Part shown: piece by piece, positions 1 through 8,963 of the stretch
How the letters are laid out: the number at the start of each line of letters is the position of its first letter
Position numbering within the stretch: position 1 is the first letter of the stretch
Assembly (NCBI GenBank): GCA_002704665.1
Contig: PAHB01000075.1
Span: forward strand, 1 to 38,949
Length of the DNA stretch: 38,949 bases
DNA from: Pseudomonadota bacterium
GTDB lineage: Bacteria; Pseudomonadota; Gammaproteobacteria; Burkholderiales; Eutrophovitaceae
Direction of reading: 5' to 3'
Made by a program: the position numbers and the translations under genes
Notes under the pieces: model-generated
The model's database searches: none
Told to the model about the DNA's origin: nothing
What the model saw: the letters and a program-made list of their open reading frames with translations, nothing else

Positions 1-399
1 CTTGGAAGAGTCGAAGGCAGAACGGGACCTCCGGTTTTAGGGGGAAGCGCCGCCATCATCAAATATCCGGTAAACGAAGATCCAGTAATTGTTTTTGATG
101 TCGGGGTTATGTATGACGTTGCTCAATTATTACCGCTTGCTACAGATTTTATTTTTTTTCATGAGTGTGCCCACATCCGGTATGACACCAGTGATGAATT
201 TTATACAAATTGTCGGGCTGTTGTTGATATGTATGACGCTGGACATCTTGATCAGAAACAATTCTTTTTAATTGAAAAGTACCATCACAGTATGTCTCGG
301 CTACCCATAAAATATGGTGGAGCCGGATTTGTATTTTGGGAAAAAACAAAGCGATGCTTGAGAAAAATTAATCACCCCCTGGTTAGTCACGACATGTAA
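1..399 (+). CDS. hypothetical protein, 5'-truncated by the window edge, with an HExxH motif
   Basis: Frame 1 is open from base 1 through the ATG at 109 to TAA at 397-399. The translation contains FFHECAHIRYD (HExxH, zinc-peptidase-like). No family recognised. The competing short ORFs 89-271(+) and 149-349(-) look weaker. Confidence 0.35.
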   Translation, partial: LGRVEGRTGPPVLGGSAAIIKYPVNEDPVIVFDVGVMYDVAQLLPLATDFIFFHECAHIRYDTSDEFYTNCRAVVDMYDAGHLDQKQFFLIEKYHHSMSRLPIKYGGAGFVFWEKTKRCLRKINHPLVSHDM

Positions 400-410
400 T
401 CTTTTTACAA

Positions 411-1730
411 TCATTTTGATAATCTATTAAACAGACACCATTCCGCTATAAAGACTGCGATAACTTGAGAAATTTTTATCACACTGTTAATTGAAACACA
501 TTCGTCAATTCCGTGAATGTTTCTGGCTTTTGGACCGTAACAGGTGGCAGGAGTATCTCCATACAGGTTAAAAGTGCGAGCATCTGTTGTGGCTGCACTT
601 GCAAAAAAATCTGGTTCCGCATTCGTAATCGAAGTGTGGCATTTTGAGAGTGTTTTTACAAAATCGGATTCTAAATCGACTAAACAACCTTGAGATTGAA
701 ATCCTCCGTAAAGTAGGTTTACTTTTAGATCAGAAAGTTCTGGGTTATTTTGAATTGTTTGCGTAATATTTTTCTCGATAGATTTAATTACGTCTTCTGT
801 GTGAATCCCGGGGAAAAAACCTATTCGCAGATTCATCTGACATCGCGTAGCTAGAGAAGATGCCCATTCGCCGCCTTCTATTATTCCGAGATTGAATTTT
901 ATTGGATCCTCCGAATTAGAGAAAGCAGCAGGTCTGTTTTTTTTGTTGTTCCAGTCTTCACAAAGGCTTTTGAGGTGTTGCCATAAGACGAATGCTCCCT
1001 CTATTGCATTTGTGCCATGATTGGCATTCAACACATGGGAGGGTTTGCCAAAAACTTCCATGTTAAGCCACAGTACTCCCACTTGCGCTGACATAATCGT
1101 TTCGTTAAATGGTTCTGGAATAATGGCTGCTTGTGCTTTATATCCTCTTTGTAAACATGCCAGAGCTCCGTTTCCCGTACACTCCTCCTCAACAACCGAT
1201 TGTAGGAAAATATCTGCAGCGGGCTCAAGCCCAATTTTTTTAAACGAATCAAATGCTACTATAAAAGCAGCGATTCCTGCTTTCATATCACCGCTACCTC
1301 TACCGTAAAGATGACCATCTTTTATCGTTGGTTCGAAAGGCGGGTTGGTCCATAGTCTTTCATCGCCGACAGGGACGACGTCTATGTGACCGTTTAAAAT
1401 AAGAGATCGGCCTTTTGGTTTTTCTGGTTTAAATATCCCAACTATGTTTTCATGATTTTCCCAATCCCCAATCGAAGGGGAATATCCTGGATATTTTTTC
1501 AGTTCATCGTGATTTATGCCAAATCTATCAATTGCTAGAGAGCGACTTCTGAATTGCTCCTCAATAAAGTTTTGTGCATGATCTTCATTTCCAAGCAGAC
1601 TGTTTATGCTAACCAAATCTAATATTAATTTTACCAGCGAGTCTTTTTGGTCTTCTATTGCTTGAATCAAATCATGTATCACTTTTGGGTCAACGTTCAA
1701 ATTACTCTTGGACCTACCGATTTGCGACAT
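411..1730 (-). CDS. M20 family metallohydrolase (ArgE/DapE/ACY1-type deacylase)
   Basis: M20 hallmarks GHIDVVP, GRGSGDMKAG and VVEEECTGNG. The ORF track starts at 1769, but the in-frame ATG at 1730 has a GGAGGA Shine-Dalgarno about 8 nt upstream and overlaps the upstream stop as TGATG, so I prefer 1730. Confidence 0.85.
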   Translation of the reverse strand: MSQIGRSKSNLNVDPKVIHDLIQAIEDQKDSLVKLILDLVSINSLLGNEDHAQNFIEEQFRSRSLAIDRFGINHDELKKYPGYSPSIGDWENHENIVGIFKPEKPKGRSLILNGHIDVVPVGDERLWTNPPFEPTIKDGHLYGRGSGDMKAGIAAFIVAFDSFKKIGLEPAADIFLQSVVEEECTGNGALACLQRGYKAQAAIIPEPFNETIMSAQVGVLWLNMEVFGKPSHVLNANHGTNAIEGAFVLWQHLKSLCEDWNNKKNRPAAFSNSEDPIKFNLGIIEGGEWASSLATRCQMNLRIGFFPGIHTEDVIKSIEKNITQTIQNNPELSDLKVNLLYGGFQSQGCLVDLESDFVKTLSKCHTSITNAEPDFFASAATTDARTFNLYGDTPATCYGPKARNIHGIDECVSINSVIKISQVIAVFIAEWCLFNRLSK

Positions 1731-3391
1731 CAACTTTTCCTCCATTCTTGCTCTTGTAATCGTCTCCATTGAATTTTTCCTGTGCCTGATTTTGGAAGGT
1801 TTTCAATAAAGCTGATTATTTTTGGCACTTTGTAAGCAGACATGTTTTTTCTGGCCCAAGCTATGATTTCTTCGCCAGTAGTGCCAGCACAGCCCTCTTT
1901 AAGAGATACCACTGCCTTGACGGTTTCCCCTCGTCGTTCGTGGGGTGAGGAGATTATTGCAACCTCTTTTATTTTTGGGTGTTTGTACAGTATGCTTTCC
2001 ACTTCGGCTGGCCAAACTTTAAAACCTGACGCGTTGATCATTCTTTTCAGGCGATCGGAAATATAAAAAAAACCATCAGAATCTTCAAAGCCTAAATCCC
2101 CGGTTCTAAGGTATGTTTTTGATTCAACTGTTACAAATACTTTTGATGTTGCGTCAACGTTATTCCAGTATCGGTTCATGATCTGCGGACCCCTGACTAA
2201 AATCTCTCCACGTTCGTTTTTTTTCAAAGTTTTTAGTGTATCCGGATCCACAATTATTGCCTCAGTATCAAAGTACGGAATCCCTAAACATTGCTTTCTC
2301 AATTCCGCCGGTGGGTTCATATGCGTTTGCGAAATTGTTTCCGTCATTCCGTATCCTTCCATGTATCGAACCCCACATCTATTGTATAGCTCTTGGGCGA
2401 CACTTTCAGGCATAGGTGCTCCCCCACCAAAAATTACTTTAAGAGAAGAAAGATCCTTTGATGCCGTGCTAGTATTGGCTAGTAAATCAACGACCATAGT
2501 TGGAACATTCGCCCAATGTGTGCATGAGTATTTTTCTACTAGAGATCCAGCTAAATCCGGATCCCATCGAGGAAGAATTACCATTTTACTTGCGGTGTAA
2601 ATAGTAGTGTTGAGGCTATGCTGCATGCCAGTAACATGAAACATTGGGGCGGTGGCAAGTGAAACACTTTCGTGGTTCAGATCTTCCCAGAGAGATGCTC
2701 CGACAAGGGAGTGCATCATCGTAAAATGGGTGTGTGTGCATCCCTTAGGTTTTCCGGTTGTTCCAGAGGTGTACAAAATTGCAGCCGCCTCTTTTTTACT
2801 ATTTATAGTTATGGCCTTAGGCTTAGAAGTAATGTTGTAGAGGTTTTTCCACTCAAAAAACTCTTTTGCATTAGAGTGTTTATTTTTGTTGATCAATGAT
2901 TGTGGTAGATGTTTGATTGAATTAGCAGATAAGTAATCTTCGTACTTGGTTGTTAGCAAGTGCTGTAATTGATGCCCTAAAAGTGGTTCGAATTCGGAAA
3001 CAACATTATCGCTTGTAACCGCAACACGACAACCACTGTCTTCGCAGTAGTGTTTTAATTCGCCGGTAACACTCATGGGGTTAATAGGCACAACTACCGC
3101 TCCTGCAATCAGAATTCCATAAAAGGCAATTACAAATTGCGGACTGTTTTGCAGGTCAAGCAAAACCCTATCTCCTTTTTTGATATCACAGTTTTTTTGA
3201 AGGTAAGTAGCAACTAACTCGGCATCGAATCGAACTTTGGAATATGAAATTTCATTTTCAAAAAAAACGATTGCTGTTTTTTCCGGATAGGTTTTAGCTG
3301 AGCTGTATAAATTGTTAGCGACCGAGGTGTTTGGAACATTTATTGACCACGGCAACTTTGATGGCCATATGTTTGAATATTTATTGAGCAT
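1730..3391 (-). CDS. AMP-dependent acyl-CoA synthetase/ligase (FadD-like)
   Basis: 553-aa ORF with AMP-binding motifs LYTSGTTGKPKG, GYGMTET and GDLGFEDSDGFFYISDRLKR. Confidence 0.9.
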   Translation of the reverse strand: MLNKYSNIWPSKLPWSINVPNTSVANNLYSSAKTYPEKTAIVFFENEISYSKVRFDAELVATYLQKNCDIKKGDRVLLDLQNSPQFVIAFYGILIAGAVVVPINPMSVTGELKHYCEDSGCRVAVTSDNVVSEFEPLLGHQLQHLLTTKYEDYLSANSIKHLPQSLINKNKHSNAKEFFEWKNLYNITSKPKAITINSKKEAAAILYTSGTTGKPKGCTHTHFTMMHSLVGASLWEDLNHESVSLATAPMFHVTGMQHSLNTTIYTASKMVILPRWDPDLAGSLVEKYSCTHWANVPTMVVDLLANTSTASKDLSSLKVIFGGGAPMPESVAQELYNRCGVRYMEGYGMTETISQTHMNPPAELRKQCLGIPYFDTEAIIVDPDTLKTLKKNERGEILVRGPQIMNRYWNNVDATSKVFVTVESKTYLRTGDLGFEDSDGFFYISDRLKRMINASGFKVWPAEVESILYKHPKIKEVAIISSPHERRGETVKAVVSLKEGCAGTTGEEIIAWARKNMSAYKVPKIISFIENLPKSGTGKIQWRRLQEQEWRKS

Positions 3392-3501
3392 ATAATTAAC
3401 TTTGATTCTTTTAATTATTATTAACCGGCAGCATACCAGTCTTCTTGTTTGTTAAGATTTGGTTATACTACATAAATATGTTAACCACTTTAGGAAGTAT
3501 T

Positions 3502-4260
3502 ATGAAAGAAAATTTTTTGAAAGGGAAACTAGCTCTAATCACTGGGGCTAGTCGCGGCTTGGGTAGGGAGATGGCTCGCAGCTTGGGCGATGATGGAGCA
3601 AGTATAGCTCTTGTGGGAAGGGCGCAGGAAAAACTCAAAGAGACGCAGGAGCTACTGAAGGGAAGGAGTATTAAAAGTGAGATTTTTGTTGCTGACATAT
3701 CACTAGAGTCTGAGGTGTTAAATTTGAAACGTGACGTGGATACAAAAATGGGTAATCCAGATATCTTAATAAATAATGCGGGTACTGCTATTCGAAAGGA
3801 CGTTGTCGAATTTGGACTCAATGAATGGCAGACGGTGATAAATACCAATCTAACCGGCGCTTTTATAATGTCAAAAGCCTTCTCGCCACACATGATAGAA
3901 TTAGGCTGGGGACGAATCATTAACATCACCTCGATAATGGCTAACGTCGGTAGTCCGGGGAGAAGTGCGTACTGTGCCAGTAAATCAGGACTTTTGGCGC
4001 TCACCAAATGTATGGCTCTTGAGTTGGCAAACACTGGGGTAACCGTTATGGCTATAAGCCCCGGGTTCTACGCAACAGATCTCACCGCCCCTCTACGAGA
4101 GGATCCGGACAAAAATGCGAGCCTAATGAACTCGACGCCGATGGGGAAGTGGGGTAAGCCAGAAGATATTGGTAAAATAGCCAGTTTTATATGCTCGGAC
4201 GGAGCTGATTTTATGACGGGAACAGATATACTCTCAGATGGTGGATGGTTGGCTCAGTAG
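3502..4260 (+). CDS. SDR family NAD(P)-dependent oxidoreductase
   Basis: TGASRGLG cofactor motif, NNAG, and the catalytic YCASK (Tyr-x3-Lys). I chose the ATG at 3502 (AGGAAG just upstream), which gives a typical short SDR N-terminus. The ORF track's TTG at 3445 is an alternative. Confidence 0.85.
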   Translation: MKENFLKGKLALITGASRGLGREMARSLGDDGASIALVGRAQEKLKETQELLKGRSIKSEIFVADISLESEVLNLKRDVDTKMGNPDILINNAGTAIRKDVVEFGLNEWQTVINTNLTGAFIMSKAFSPHMIELGWGRIINITSIMANVGSPGRSAYCASKSGLLALTKCMALELANTGVTVMAISPGFYATDLTAPLREDPDKNASLMNSTPMGKWGKPEDIGKIASFICSDGADFMTGTDILSDGGWLAQ

Positions 4261-4373
4261 CGTATAAAGATGTTTGGAACTTGTTCGTTAAAACATATAC
4301 TAAATAATTAGGTTGGTAAATAACTGCTAAATCGGCTTGGTGGCAGCTATATAAACGAGGATGGACTTAACAG

Positions 4374-5624
4374 ATGAGGGTTTTAGTGATTGGGGCTGGA
4401 GTTATAGGGGTAACAAGTGCATGGTATCTCGCCAAGGCTGGACATGAAGTGACGGTAATTGATCGGCAGGAAACGCCCGGGACCGGAACGAGTTTTGCCA
4501 ACGGTGGGCAAATTTCTGTGGGGCAGGCCGAGCCGTGGGCTAACCCAGCTGCGCCCTACAAAATCGTTAAGTGGTTGGGAAGAGAAGATGCACCTCTTAT
4601 GTTTAGGTTGCGTTGCGATCCTAAGCAATGGTCTTGGGCTCTTAAATTTCTGAGAGAATGTTTGCCATCAAGAACGCAAAACAATACCTTAACCTGCCTG
4701 CGTCTTGCTGATTACAGTAGAAATAAATTGAAAGAACTCAGAGCCGAGACCGGAATAACCTATGATGATTTGCAAAAGGGAATCTTAACATTGCACTCCG
4801 ATGAGCGGGAATTTGAGATGGCATGTAATCGCGTAGACATTTTTAAAAAAAACGGGGTAGATATACAAATAAAGTCGAAGTCCCAGGTTTTAGAAATCGA
4901 GCCGGCGTTGAAAAAGAGTCACGTAGATATCGTCGGAGCGACTTTTGCTCCGGACGACGAATCAGGGGACGCGCATATATTTACTAACAAAATGAAAGTT
5001 TTGGCGGAAAAAAATGGAGTTACGTTTGGCATGGGGGTAGAGGCCTTAAATTTTCGCACAAATCAAAGTAAAGTGAATTATTTGGAAGCAAATGTGGCAG
5101 GGCGATGTGAAAATTTTTCCGCGGATGCATATGTTGTAGCATTGGGGAGCCATAGTCCAGACATATTGTCAAAAATTGGGGTCAAAATACCAGTTTACCC
5201 CGTGAAAGGTTACTCGGTCACCATACCACTTGAAAATACGGAATTGGCCCCGACAGTTTGTATAACTGACGAAAATGCGAAAATAGCCATATCTAGGCTC
5301 GGTTCTCGGTTAAGAGCTGCGGGAACCGCGGAATTAGCGGGTTATGATTTGTCTATACGAGACGAAAGATGTGAAGCGATAATTTCGAGGGTAAAAAAGT
5401 TGTTTCCGGAGGTCGGGGGATTTAGTAAAGCACGTAAATGGTCAGGCCTAAGACCCGCAGTCCCCAGCAATATTCCGATTATAGGAAAGACAAAATATGA
5501 AAACCTATATGTGAATACTGGTCAAGGTACTTTAGGTTGGACACTGGCGTGCGGTTCCGGCATCGGGCTTGCAAACGTTATAAGCGAAAAACCGCAGGAT
5601 ATTAATTTTCCGTTTTTAAACTGA
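4374..5624 (+). CDS. dadA: D-amino acid dehydrogenase-type FAD-dependent oxidoreductase
   Basis: 416 aa. The N-terminus MRVLVIGAGVIGVTSAWYLAKAGHEVTVIDRQ is the DadA-type GxGxxG FAD fold, and the length fits the DadA small subunit. Confidence 0.8.
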   Translation: MRVLVIGAGVIGVTSAWYLAKAGHEVTVIDRQETPGTGTSFANGGQISVGQAEPWANPAAPYKIVKWLGREDAPLMFRLRCDPKQWSWALKFLRECLPSRTQNNTLTCLRLADYSRNKLKELRAETGITYDDLQKGILTLHSDEREFEMACNRVDIFKKNGVDIQIKSKSQVLEIEPALKKSHVDIVGATFAPDDESGDAHIFTNKMKVLAEKNGVTFGMGVEALNFRTNQSKVNYLEANVAGRCENFSADAYVVALGSHSPDILSKIGVKIPVYPVKGYSVTIPLENTELAPTVCITDENAKIAISRLGSRLRAAGTAELAGYDLSIRDERCEAIISRVKKLFPEVGGFSKARKWSGLRPAVPSNIPIIGKTKYENLYVNTGQGTLGWTLACGSGIGLANVISEKPQDINFPFLN

Positions 5625-5719
5625 TGAGTAGCCTGTGAGGGGCGATGGTAGGTATATGTCGCATTTTTTTATAATTCGGCTCTGTATTTTTGGCATAACT
5701 AGTATAGGAGAAATATGAA

Positions 5720-6997
5720 ATGGCACTTTGGTTGAAGGAGGGTATCTCAGAGGAAGAGGATGCCAAAAATCTTGGAAAAGTTAGAAAGACAGTGGAAGAT
5801 GTTTTGGATGATATAAAAAATCGGGGCGATGAGGCGGTCAGAGTTTTATCCTTAAAATTTGATAACTGGAATCCAGAGAAGTTTCGATTAAGTGAAGGTC
5901 AAATCGCTAAATGCATGGAATCTTTACCTCAGCAAGCAATAGATGATATTAAATTTGCGCAGGCGCAAATTAGGAATTTTGCAAAAATACAAAAAAATGC
6001 ATTAAGGGATGTCGAGGTCGAGACTTTACCAGGGGTTATTCTTGGACACAAAAACTTACCGGTGGGCAGTGTAGGGTGCTACGTACCCGGGGGTAAATAT
6101 CCGATGGTAGCTTCTGCTCATATGTCAATCGTGACTGCTAAGGTGGCAGGGGTTGACAGGGTTATAGCCTGCGCACCACCTTATAAAGGTAGCCCTCATC
6201 CTGCTATTGTTACTGCGATGTATCTGGCCGGAGCAGATGAGATTTACGCGCTCGGTGGAATTCAGGCGGTGGGGGCTATGGCTTTGGGCACACAAACGAT
6301 AAAGGCGACAGATATGATTGCAGGGCCCGGAAATGCGTTCGTTGCCGAAGCGAAAAGGCAACTATCGGGTAGAGTCGGAATTGATCTTTTTGCGGGACCC
6401 ACAGAGACACTTGTGATTGCAGATGAAACAGTGGATGGAGAAATGTGCGCCACTGACCTGCTCGGTCAGGCTGAGCATGGACCGAATTCTCCCGCTATTT
6501 TACTGACTACCTCTCGAGCATTAGCTATGGATACAGTATTGGAGATAGAGAAGCAGTTAAAAATTTTAGAAACTGCTGAAGTGGCGGGCCAAGCATGGCG
6601 TGAATATGGACAAGTCATTCTCTGTGAAGATGATTCAGAGATGGTTGAAGTGGCGGATCAAATAGCCTCTGAGCACGTTCAGGTTATGACAAAAAATCCC
6701 GATTTTTTTCTTAGGGAGTTGAAAAATTATGGAGCTCTCTTTTTGGGCCCGGAAACGAATGTATCATTCGGAGATAAGGTAATTGGAACTAATCATACGT
6801 TGCCAACGAGAAAAGCTGCCCGTTACACGGGAGGTTTGTGGGTTGGGAAATTTATTAAAACTTGCACCTATCAAAAAGTTTCTCCGGAGGCGAGCGCTTT
6901 GATTGGAGAGTACTGTTCTCGGCTATGCGCACTTGAGGGTTTTGCTGGACACAAGGCCCAAGCGGATATTCGGGTTGCTCGTTATGGCACAAAGTGA
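5720..6997 (+). CDS. hisD: histidinol dehydrogenase family protein (HisD paralog in a non-his context)
   Basis: 425 aa with HisD signature blocks [27 protein letters not shown] (Glu-His pair) and [13 protein letters not shown] lies 9 nt upstream of the ATG. Confidence 0.85.
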   Translation: MALWLKEGISEEEDAKNLGKVRKTVEDVLDDIKNRGDEAVRVLSLKFDNWNPEKFRLSEGQIAKCMESLPQQAIDDIKFAQAQIRNFAKIQKNALRDVEVETLPGVILGHKNLPVGSVGCYVPGGKYPMVASAHMSIVTAKVAGVDRVIACAPPYKGSPHPAIVTAMYLAGADEIYALGGIQAVGAMALGTQTIKATDMIAGPGNAFVAEAKRQLSGRVGIDLFAGPTETLVIADETVDGEMCATDLLGQAEHGPNSPAILLTTSRALAMDTVLEIEKQLKILETAEVAGQAWREYGQVILCEDDSEMVEVADQIASEHVQVMTKNPDFFLRELKNYGALFLGPETNVSFGDKVIGTNHTLPTRKAARYTGGLWVGKFIKTCTYQKVSPEASALIGEYCSRLCALEGFAGHKAQADIRVARYGTK

Positions 6998-7012
6998 GCT
7001 AGGGGAAAATTA

Positions 7013-7447
7013 ATGGAAAGCTTGTATGATGACGTTATGATGGAACACATTAAGAATGTAAGAAATTACAGGGAAATTGAGGCACCGACTAATATCGCAA
7101 AAGGAACAAACCCTCTTTGCGGAGATCAATTTAGTGTTTTTTTAAAGTTAGATAACGATATTGTTGTAGATTTAAGTTTTCAGTGTGAATGTTGTGGTAT
7201 CTCGATGGCGTCAGCGTCAATGATGACCGAGGTCATAAAAGGTAATTCATTAAAAGACGCGAGGAAGGTGATAGCGGAATTTAAGGATTTTATGCGCGAC
7301 AATGTTGATAGCTTAAGCGTTGGCGGTGATTTGGCGGCGGTGGCTGAGACAGTTGTAAAGTTTCCCTCTAGAATCAACTGCGCTTTGCTAGGATGGAAAA
7401 CTCTAGAAACTGCTTTGAAAGGAGAAAAAGAGATTACTGTAAAGTAG
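7013..7447 (+). CDS. sufU: SufU/NifU-like Fe-S cluster scaffold or sulfur-transfer protein
   Basis: 144 aa with the three conserved Cys contexts NPLCGD, CECCGISMASASMM and RINCALLGW. It starts 15 nt after the HisD-family stop. Confidence 0.75.
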   Translation: MESLYDDVMMEHIKNVRNYREIEAPTNIAKGTNPLCGDQFSVFLKLDNDIVVDLSFQCECCGISMASASMMTEVIKGNSLKDARKVIAEFKDFMRDNVDSLSVGGDLAAVAETVVKFPSRINCALLGWKTLETALKGEKEITVK

Positions 7448-7453
7448 CGGGTG

Positions 7454-8941
7454 TTAATTCCAAGGCGACTCATCTAAAGGGTACATTGGTCGCCTGATAT
7501 TTTTGTAATCGAACAATTTCCAGTCCGAAGATGTTACGCCCGATCCATTGCAGTAAATTATTTCCGTAGCCATGGTGCTAAAGATCGGCTTGAAGTACAT
7601 TCGTGATTTAAGTATTAAATATCGTTTTTTTGTAGGATTAAGCCCCACGCTCGTGAAGACTCCTAAATCCCAGGGCTCTTGTAGTTTTTCTGTTATAACA
7701 ATTTCGGCTCTATCTGTTTCAAACAAAACGGTGTTGCCCATAAACATCTTCATTCCAGTAAATTGTGGGCCGGTTACGATATATTCCCCGCTAGTGATAT
7801 TTTTAACAAAACCAGTTAGCTGTAAAGGCTCTCCTTTTTTCTTTATTGCAGGCATGTCGACTTTACCTCCAATTTTTAAGCTTACTTCGTTTCCTTTGCC
7901 AGCTTGAATAAGTGTTTTTACCGCCTCAGGGTCTCTTACCGGACCAACTCCTATTTGGTCCAAATTATAATCTAAGGCAATCTTTAGCACATCCATAGTG
8001 TCTTGGGTTCCCCCTGAAGCGCAATTGTCGGAATGGTCTATGAGAAGAACAGGACCTTTTTCAAATTTGGCTGCTTTTGATAGAGCTGTTTTAAGCGGAA
8101 TGTCCCGCCAAATAAATCGCGTACGATTCTCCCACGCTAAATTCATAATTTTGTTGCAGGTTGTTTCGCCTAATTCTTTGTCACCATTGGTTACTACAAC
8201 CGAGCTCATTCCGGCTGAAGGAATATCTGCCATTGGAAATCCGCCAAAAGCTGAGGCAGCTAGTACTTCCCCAGTTTCTAGTTTCTTTGCTAGTCCTACA
8301 TATTCTCGCATCGCACCTTTGTCTGTATCCATTTTGAGGGTATGTGCCAATATCGGTGAATTTTTCCAAACCATTACGGGTTTAATTTTTCCTTTTAAAG
8401 CATCGATAAGTATAGATCCAGCCAAAAAACCTGTTTCAAACATATCTATATGCGGATAGGTTTTATAGCCGGCAATTACGTCACAGTTTTTGACCATTAG
8501 ATCCGTAACATTTGCGTGTAGATCAAGCGAGACTGCGATTGGAACTTCTGGGTTTATGTCTTTAAGCCTGTGTAGTAAATTTCCCTCCCCATCCAAGGGG
8601 CCGTTTTTGACCACCATTGCTCCGTGAAGATCTAAAAAAATCGCATCGCAACCAAGTTTTGCTTCCGCACATATTAGGTCACAAATCTTCTCATAGGCTG
8701 CTAGATCAACTGGTCCGCTGGGTAGGGCAAGTCCAGCAACGGGTGTCGATATATCGGCATTTAATTTGTTCGCCAATTCGATAAAAGCGCCTATAGGAGT
8801 CTTAGTCCCTGACATTGCTCGCACAACTTCGTCACCAACATAGGGGCCATTGGGACCAAACGATTCCCACGGAGTGGGAATAGGAGAGAAAGTATTAGTT
8901 TCATGCTCCATTTGTGCAACTAAAAATTTCACAAGCAACAA
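7454..8941 (-). CDS. M81 family metallopeptidase (MlrC/microcystinase C-like)
   Basis: 495 aa. The N-terminal QMEHETNTFSP motif is typical of the MlrC N-terminal (DUF1485) domain, and the length fits a two-domain MlrC protein. Confidence 0.75.
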   Translation of the reverse strand: MLLVKFLVAQMEHETNTFSPIPTPWESFGPNGPYVGDEVVRAMSGTKTPIGAFIELANKLNADISTPVAGLALPSGPVDLAAYEKICDLICAEAKLGCDAIFLDLHGAMVVKNGPLDGEGNLLHRLKDINPEVPIAVSLDLHANVTDLMVKNCDVIAGYKTYPHIDMFETGFLAGSILIDALKGKIKPVMVWKNSPILAHTLKMDTDKGAMREYVGLAKKLETGEVLAASAFGGFPMADIPSAGMSSVVVTNGDKELGETTCNKIMNLAWENRTRFIWRDIPLKTALSKAAKFEKGPVLLIDHSDNCASGGTQDTMDVLKIALDYNLDQIGVGPVRDPEAVKTLIQAGKGNEVSLKIGGKVDMPAIKKKGEPLQLTGFVKNITSGEYIVTGPQFTGMKMFMGNTVLFETDRAEIVITEKLQEPWDLGVFTSVGLNPTKKRYLILKSRMYFKPIFSTMATEIIYCNGSGVTSSDWKLFDYKNIRRPMYPLDESPWN

Positions 8942-8963
8942 CTCCTTTGATTAAAAGTATTTG

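Noticed and set aside
2178-2600. A 140-aa ORF antisense to the acyl-CoA ligase. Similar long antisense ORFs occur at 3468-4034, 7998-8459, 9352-9765, 17539-17949, 19634-20053, 30307-30660 and 34649-34996.
   Set aside because: Each lies wholly inside a CDS with clear family motifs on the opposite strand. They have low-complexity or odd composition and no recognisable motif or Shine-Dalgarno. They are the ordinary shadow ORFs expected opposite long genes.
5642-5670. A possible intrinsic terminator after the DadA-type gene (GCGA...TCGC followed by ATTTTTTTA).
   Set aside because: The stem is only 4 bp with a 13-nt loop, which is too weak to call. The HisD-family gene 95 nt downstream may well be co-transcribed.
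5720-6997. Reading the HisD-family gene as the ordinary histidine-biosynthesis hisD.
   Set aside because: This is not fully rejected, but it is disfavoured. No hisG, hisC, hisB or other his gene is adjacent, and the neighbours are catabolic-type dehydrogenases. It cannot be excluded without the rest of the genome.
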